Virus record (IMG/VR): IMGVR_UViG_3300033148_004664
Source: an uncultured virus (IMG/VR IMGVR_UViG_3300033148_004664)
Lineage: Duplodnaviria > Heunggongvirae > Uroviricota > Caudoviricetes
Direction: 5' to 3' (one strand)
Length of the DNA stretch: 64,000 nucleotides
Within the stretch, counting starts at the first letter, position 1. Every line of letters starts with the position of its first letter. This document shows positions 61,041 to 64,000 of the stretch, in pieces. Both the position numbers and the translations under genes were made by a program. The notes under the pieces are model-generated. The model was not told the DNA's origin and searched no databases. It worked only from the letters and a program-made list of their open reading frames with translations.

Positions 61041-62891
61041 ATGGAAGAATATTCTGACAATTTGTATTCACGTGATTCGTTATACAGGGCGATAGATGGT
61101 AACGAATTAGATATAGGGTATTTGAATAAATTAATAGATTCGTTGGTAACGACCGGGGAAGTGGATTTAGAAAAGTTATCGTCTTACTTCTTAGAAAGAG
61201 CTTATGAGACAGGAACGACTGTTGTTCATATGGTTATTATAAAATATGTATCCGGACATGTAAGTCAAAAAGAAGATTCGGCCTTAGCAACAGCGTTTTT
61301 AATCAGTAATATTTGTAAATATGGTGATGAGCGGGGACTCTATTACGCTCTTTCAAAAATAGCCAAAAAAGATGAAGGACAATTGTTACACATTTTCAGC
61401 CCATTATTAGCCAATAACCAAAGCATTATTCCGTTCGAACGTATTATTGATATTTTTATTGCTTCCGGTTTTACTCCATCGGCGACTAATGAATTAAATT
61501 GGAATGAATTTATTAAAAATTGTCTTATAATAGTATCCGATATAAGACCTATTTTCCGGTTATTACTGAATAAAAAAGAAGGATTTAAAATTCATACACA
61601 GACGATAAATGCAATGTGTACCGCTGTGAAAGAAGGAAAAGCGAGTCAAGAAGAATTTGTTAATTTTATAATTCGTTCCGCCGATATAGATTCAACGCCT
61701 TACCGTTATTTTACGAGAACCAGCGAATCTCTGATTTATACTAATTATGTTTTGGGGTATTTAATGAATCATGATCACCTGCCGGATGATGCTTTCCTGT
61801 TTACAGACGATAATATAGAAAAAACCTTTTTAGAAGGAAACAAAGAAGAAATAGATTATTTGATAAAAAGATATAAAAATGTAAAAAGCTTGTTCATGTC
61901 GGAATCCGATTTTTACGGTTATTGTTTATTGTATATAGAACAAGATGACCCGGAAAAATTCGATAATTTTATACAAGTAATTAATTTTGAGGATTTAATT
62001 GAAAAGTATACAGCTAAAATAACAGCAAAAATCGTAGAGCATTCCAGCTTTAATATAATAAATTATTTCAGAACTAAAGATGTTAAACTCTCGTTTTGGA
62101 GACGTATATTGGATAATTGTATCAAGAAACACAATACTGACGTATTTGATTATGTGCTGTCATTTATACGTTATGATATTCAAGGAGATGCTATAGACGT
62201 ATTCGGGGGTAGTTTATATGATACAATTGTTTTTGAAGGAGAAGACTATACAAATCCAAGTGATATGCGTAACTTATTAGATTTTATAGATATATTAATA
62301 TCTTATGATATTTATCCTACACAAGAAGAAGACAAAAACACTGTTTTGACAGTAGTAATACACGCCGTTAATAATACTGAAGAGTTAAATGAATACATAA
62401 ATAAACTTCAATTGAAGTGGCTTGATTGGTTTAACCTTGAGCTGATCTTGACACGTAGAATACAGTTGGGGATCACGTTGAAAGATCTGCGTGAATATCT
62501 TGATATGTTGCCGGAAGAAAGTAACATATTTGGTGAATTCCCATTGTTTTCTGTCGCTATACAATCCGGCAATCCCCATTTAGTAAAAATATTACTTTCT
62601 AAGTTACAGGTAGATAAACACAAATTAAACTACCTTTTAGAGGAACTTATTAGGTCTTCTGCTAAAGACGTGAGATTGATTAAGTATGTATTACAAGAAA
62701 TACCCGAAAAAGATTTAGCGGATTTAATTATAACTTATAGTAGAAGTATACCAGGTAATACTCTCATATCGAAAAAAGCATTAATGATATTAGACAATTA
62801 TGATTTTTCTGAAGATGAAAAGAACAGAATTTTGAGTTCGTTATCGGAATTTCAATTGGATTGGTTTAAGGAACATTTATACGGAGATTGA
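61041..62891 (+). CDS. large helical repeat protein with degenerate ankyrin-like units
   Basis: HLPDD..FTDD..DD..FW pattern; AIQSGNPHLVKILL. Confidence 0.7.
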   Translation: MEEYSDNLYSRDSLYRAIDGNELDIGYLNKLIDSLVTTGEVDLEKLSSYFLERAYETGTTVVHMVIIKYVSGHVSQKEDSALATAFLISNICKYGDERGLYYALSKIAKKDEGQLLHIFSPLLANNQSIIPFERIIDIFIASGFTPSATNELNWNEFIKNCLIIVSDIRPIFRLLLNKKEGFKIHTQTINAMCTAVKEGKASQEEFVNFIIRSADIDSTPYRYFTRTSESLIYTNYVLGYLMNHDHLPDDAFLFTDDNIEKTFLEGNKEEIDYLIKRYKNVKSLFMSESDFYGYCLLYIEQDDPEKFDNFIQVINFEDLIEKYTAKITAKIVEHSSFNIINYFRTKDVKLSFWRRILDNCIKKHNTDVFDYVLSFIRYDIQGDAIDVFGGSLYDTIVFEGEDYTNPSDMRNLLDFIDILISYDIYPTQEEDKNTVLTVVIHAVNNTEELNEYINKLQLKWLDWFNLELILTRRIQLGITLKDLREYLDMLPEESNIFGEFPLFSVAIQSGNPHLVKILLSKLQVDKHKLNYLLEELIRSSAKDVRLIKYVLQEIPEKDLADLIITYSRSIPGNTLISKKALMILDNYDFSEDEKNRILSSLSEFQLDWFKEHLYGD

Positions 62892-62893
62892 TT

Positions 62894-64000
62894 ATGGAAA
62901 ACGACGATTTGATGGGTAGGTATTATGATTATTATAATCAGCATAATTTCTACGAAAGATTAACTGAAATGTTGGATGAGGCTATTACTGATCCTTCTGT
63001 CTCTGAAGAATATTTGATTGCCCTTTTACAAAGACTTGGTACGTTGCCTATCCATACAAGGGTTATAAATAAAGCTGTTATACTAAACAATGTTTCGTTT
63101 TTTGAATTGTTGTTGAAAGAAAAAGAACTCGGATATGCTGATGAGACTAATAACTTTTTTTGGGAAAGAGTTATCCTCAAATCTTTAAAAGAAGAAAGAG
63201 AGGATATTGTAAAATTAATTTTTTCGTATAAAAGACAAGATGATGATTTATTGAAAATAGTTTTTAAATCTGTTTTTGCTCCACAGACGTATTTTGGTGA
63301 AGTAGGGATGCACGGGAAGAAGACGTTTGTAAAAGTTGTTGTGGATTTGAATATCTCTTTGCCATCTATTGGTGCGGAGTATGATCACGCTATTTTGAAA
63401 GAGACAATAGAGATTGTTTATTACACAGATATAAACTTACTTTTTGAATTCTTGGATTTAATTGAGGGATTTAAAATAACATTACCTACAGTAAATATGT
63501 TATTGAGCTATGATAAAGAAAAAATGATTTCGGTTTTTTCCGCGGAAGATTTATTTATACTATTCAATCGTTATCTACAAAATTTATCTAATACGGTTAT
63601 AGAATCATTATTTGGGCTTTGTTTAAGTTATAACTTTAAAAAGGGAATTATTGCTTCGTTATGGTTATATGATGATTCATTGAAGGGCGTGATAGATGAA
63701 TCATCAGATTATGATACTATTTTAACGGCTGCGATTTCTGCAGGTCTGTTTTTGAAATTAGATAACGATAAAGTTAGTGGAATATCACTTTACAGCCGAC
63801 GAATATTGAATCGTCTATTGGAAAATTGTACAGACAAAGATATAGTCATAGAATTTTTAAATAATTCGGAAGGATTTGAATTGTCTTTTGTAGATTGTGA
63901 TAACTTGATAATGAAAGATGATATTGATCTTACACCACAACAATTATTTGGTTTGTTGAAATTCTGTCCTGAGTTTGATGTGGGAGTAAAAACCTATTTC
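62894..64000 (+). CDS. helical repeat protein, runs off the window end (not in the ORF track)
   Basis: GGAG then ATG 62894: MENDDLMGRYY..AITDPSVSEEYL, similar to FNDPSVDRDY in 59111; frame appears to stay open to the edge. Confidence 0.65.
   Translation, partial: MENDDLMGRYYDYYNQHNFYERLTEMLDEAITDPSVSEEYLIALLQRLGTLPIHTRVINKAVILNNVSFFELLLKEKELGYADETNNFFWERVILKSLKEEREDIVKLIFSYKRQDDDLLKIVFKSVFAPQTYFGEVGMHGKKTFVKVVVDLNISLPSIGAEYDHAILKETIEIVYYTDINLLFEFLDLIEGFKITLPTVNMLLSYDKEKMISVFSAEDLFILFNRYLQNLSNTVIESLFGLCLSYNFKKGIIASLWLYDDSLKGVIDESSDYDTILTAAISAGLFLKLDNDKVSGISLYSRRILNRLLENCTDKDIVIEFLNNSEGFELSFVDCDNLIMKDDIDLTPQQLFGLLKFCPEFDVGVKTYF

Noticed and set aside
201..63180. Many short minus-strand and alternate-frame ORFs in the track (e.g. 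3100-3537, 8653-9150, 16250-16669, 62950-63180)
   Set aside because: They are shadows of longer, motif-supported genes and show no recognisable motifs.
46280..64000. Diversity-generating retroelement behind the paralog diversity
   Set aside because: No reverse transcriptase, and I saw no template/variable repeat pair differing only at adenines.
1..64000. Stop-codon reassignment as in some large phages
   Set aside because: Conserved genes are full length in the standard code, and TAA, TAG and TGA all end genes directly before the next RBS or start.

Overview
This window looks like part of a large AT-rich dsDNA tailed phage genome (jumbo-phage style) with a probably anaerobic host. Almost all genes are on the + strand and ORFs read cleanly in the standard code. 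Layout: (1) 1-8.2 kb, replication/recombination (family A DNA polymerase C-terminus, P-loop kinase, SSB ending DDIPF, RecA, a split SbcC with SbcD). (2) 8.4-21.4 kb, probable virion/head genes and the terminase large subunit. (3) 22.4-37.8 kb, a ~15 kb glycan-building island: GT2/GT4/CgeB-type glycosyltransferases, four radical SAM enzymes, a free SPASM domain, an oxidoreductase, a methyltransferase and four paralogs of an unrecognised HPDCFP-motif family. (4) 37.8-41.3 kb, a split class III ribonucleotide reductase whose glycyl-radical tail is a separate 54-aa ORF on the opposite strand, plus a WYL protein and tRNA-Leu(UAA). (5) 41.5-45.8 kb, a caspase/gingipain-like protease and a probable portal. 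(6) 46.3-64 kb, a long array of acidic helical proteins. The most striking signal is in block 6: nine genes, several with unrelated bodies, start with the same ~12-aa leader (MLKLSRREEDF), conserved at the protein level despite synonymous codon changes. I infer a capsid-targeting/processing tag for a variable cargo of virion-packaged effectors, analogous to the T4 internal-protein capsid targeting sequence. All function calls come from motif recognition by eye; no searches were run.
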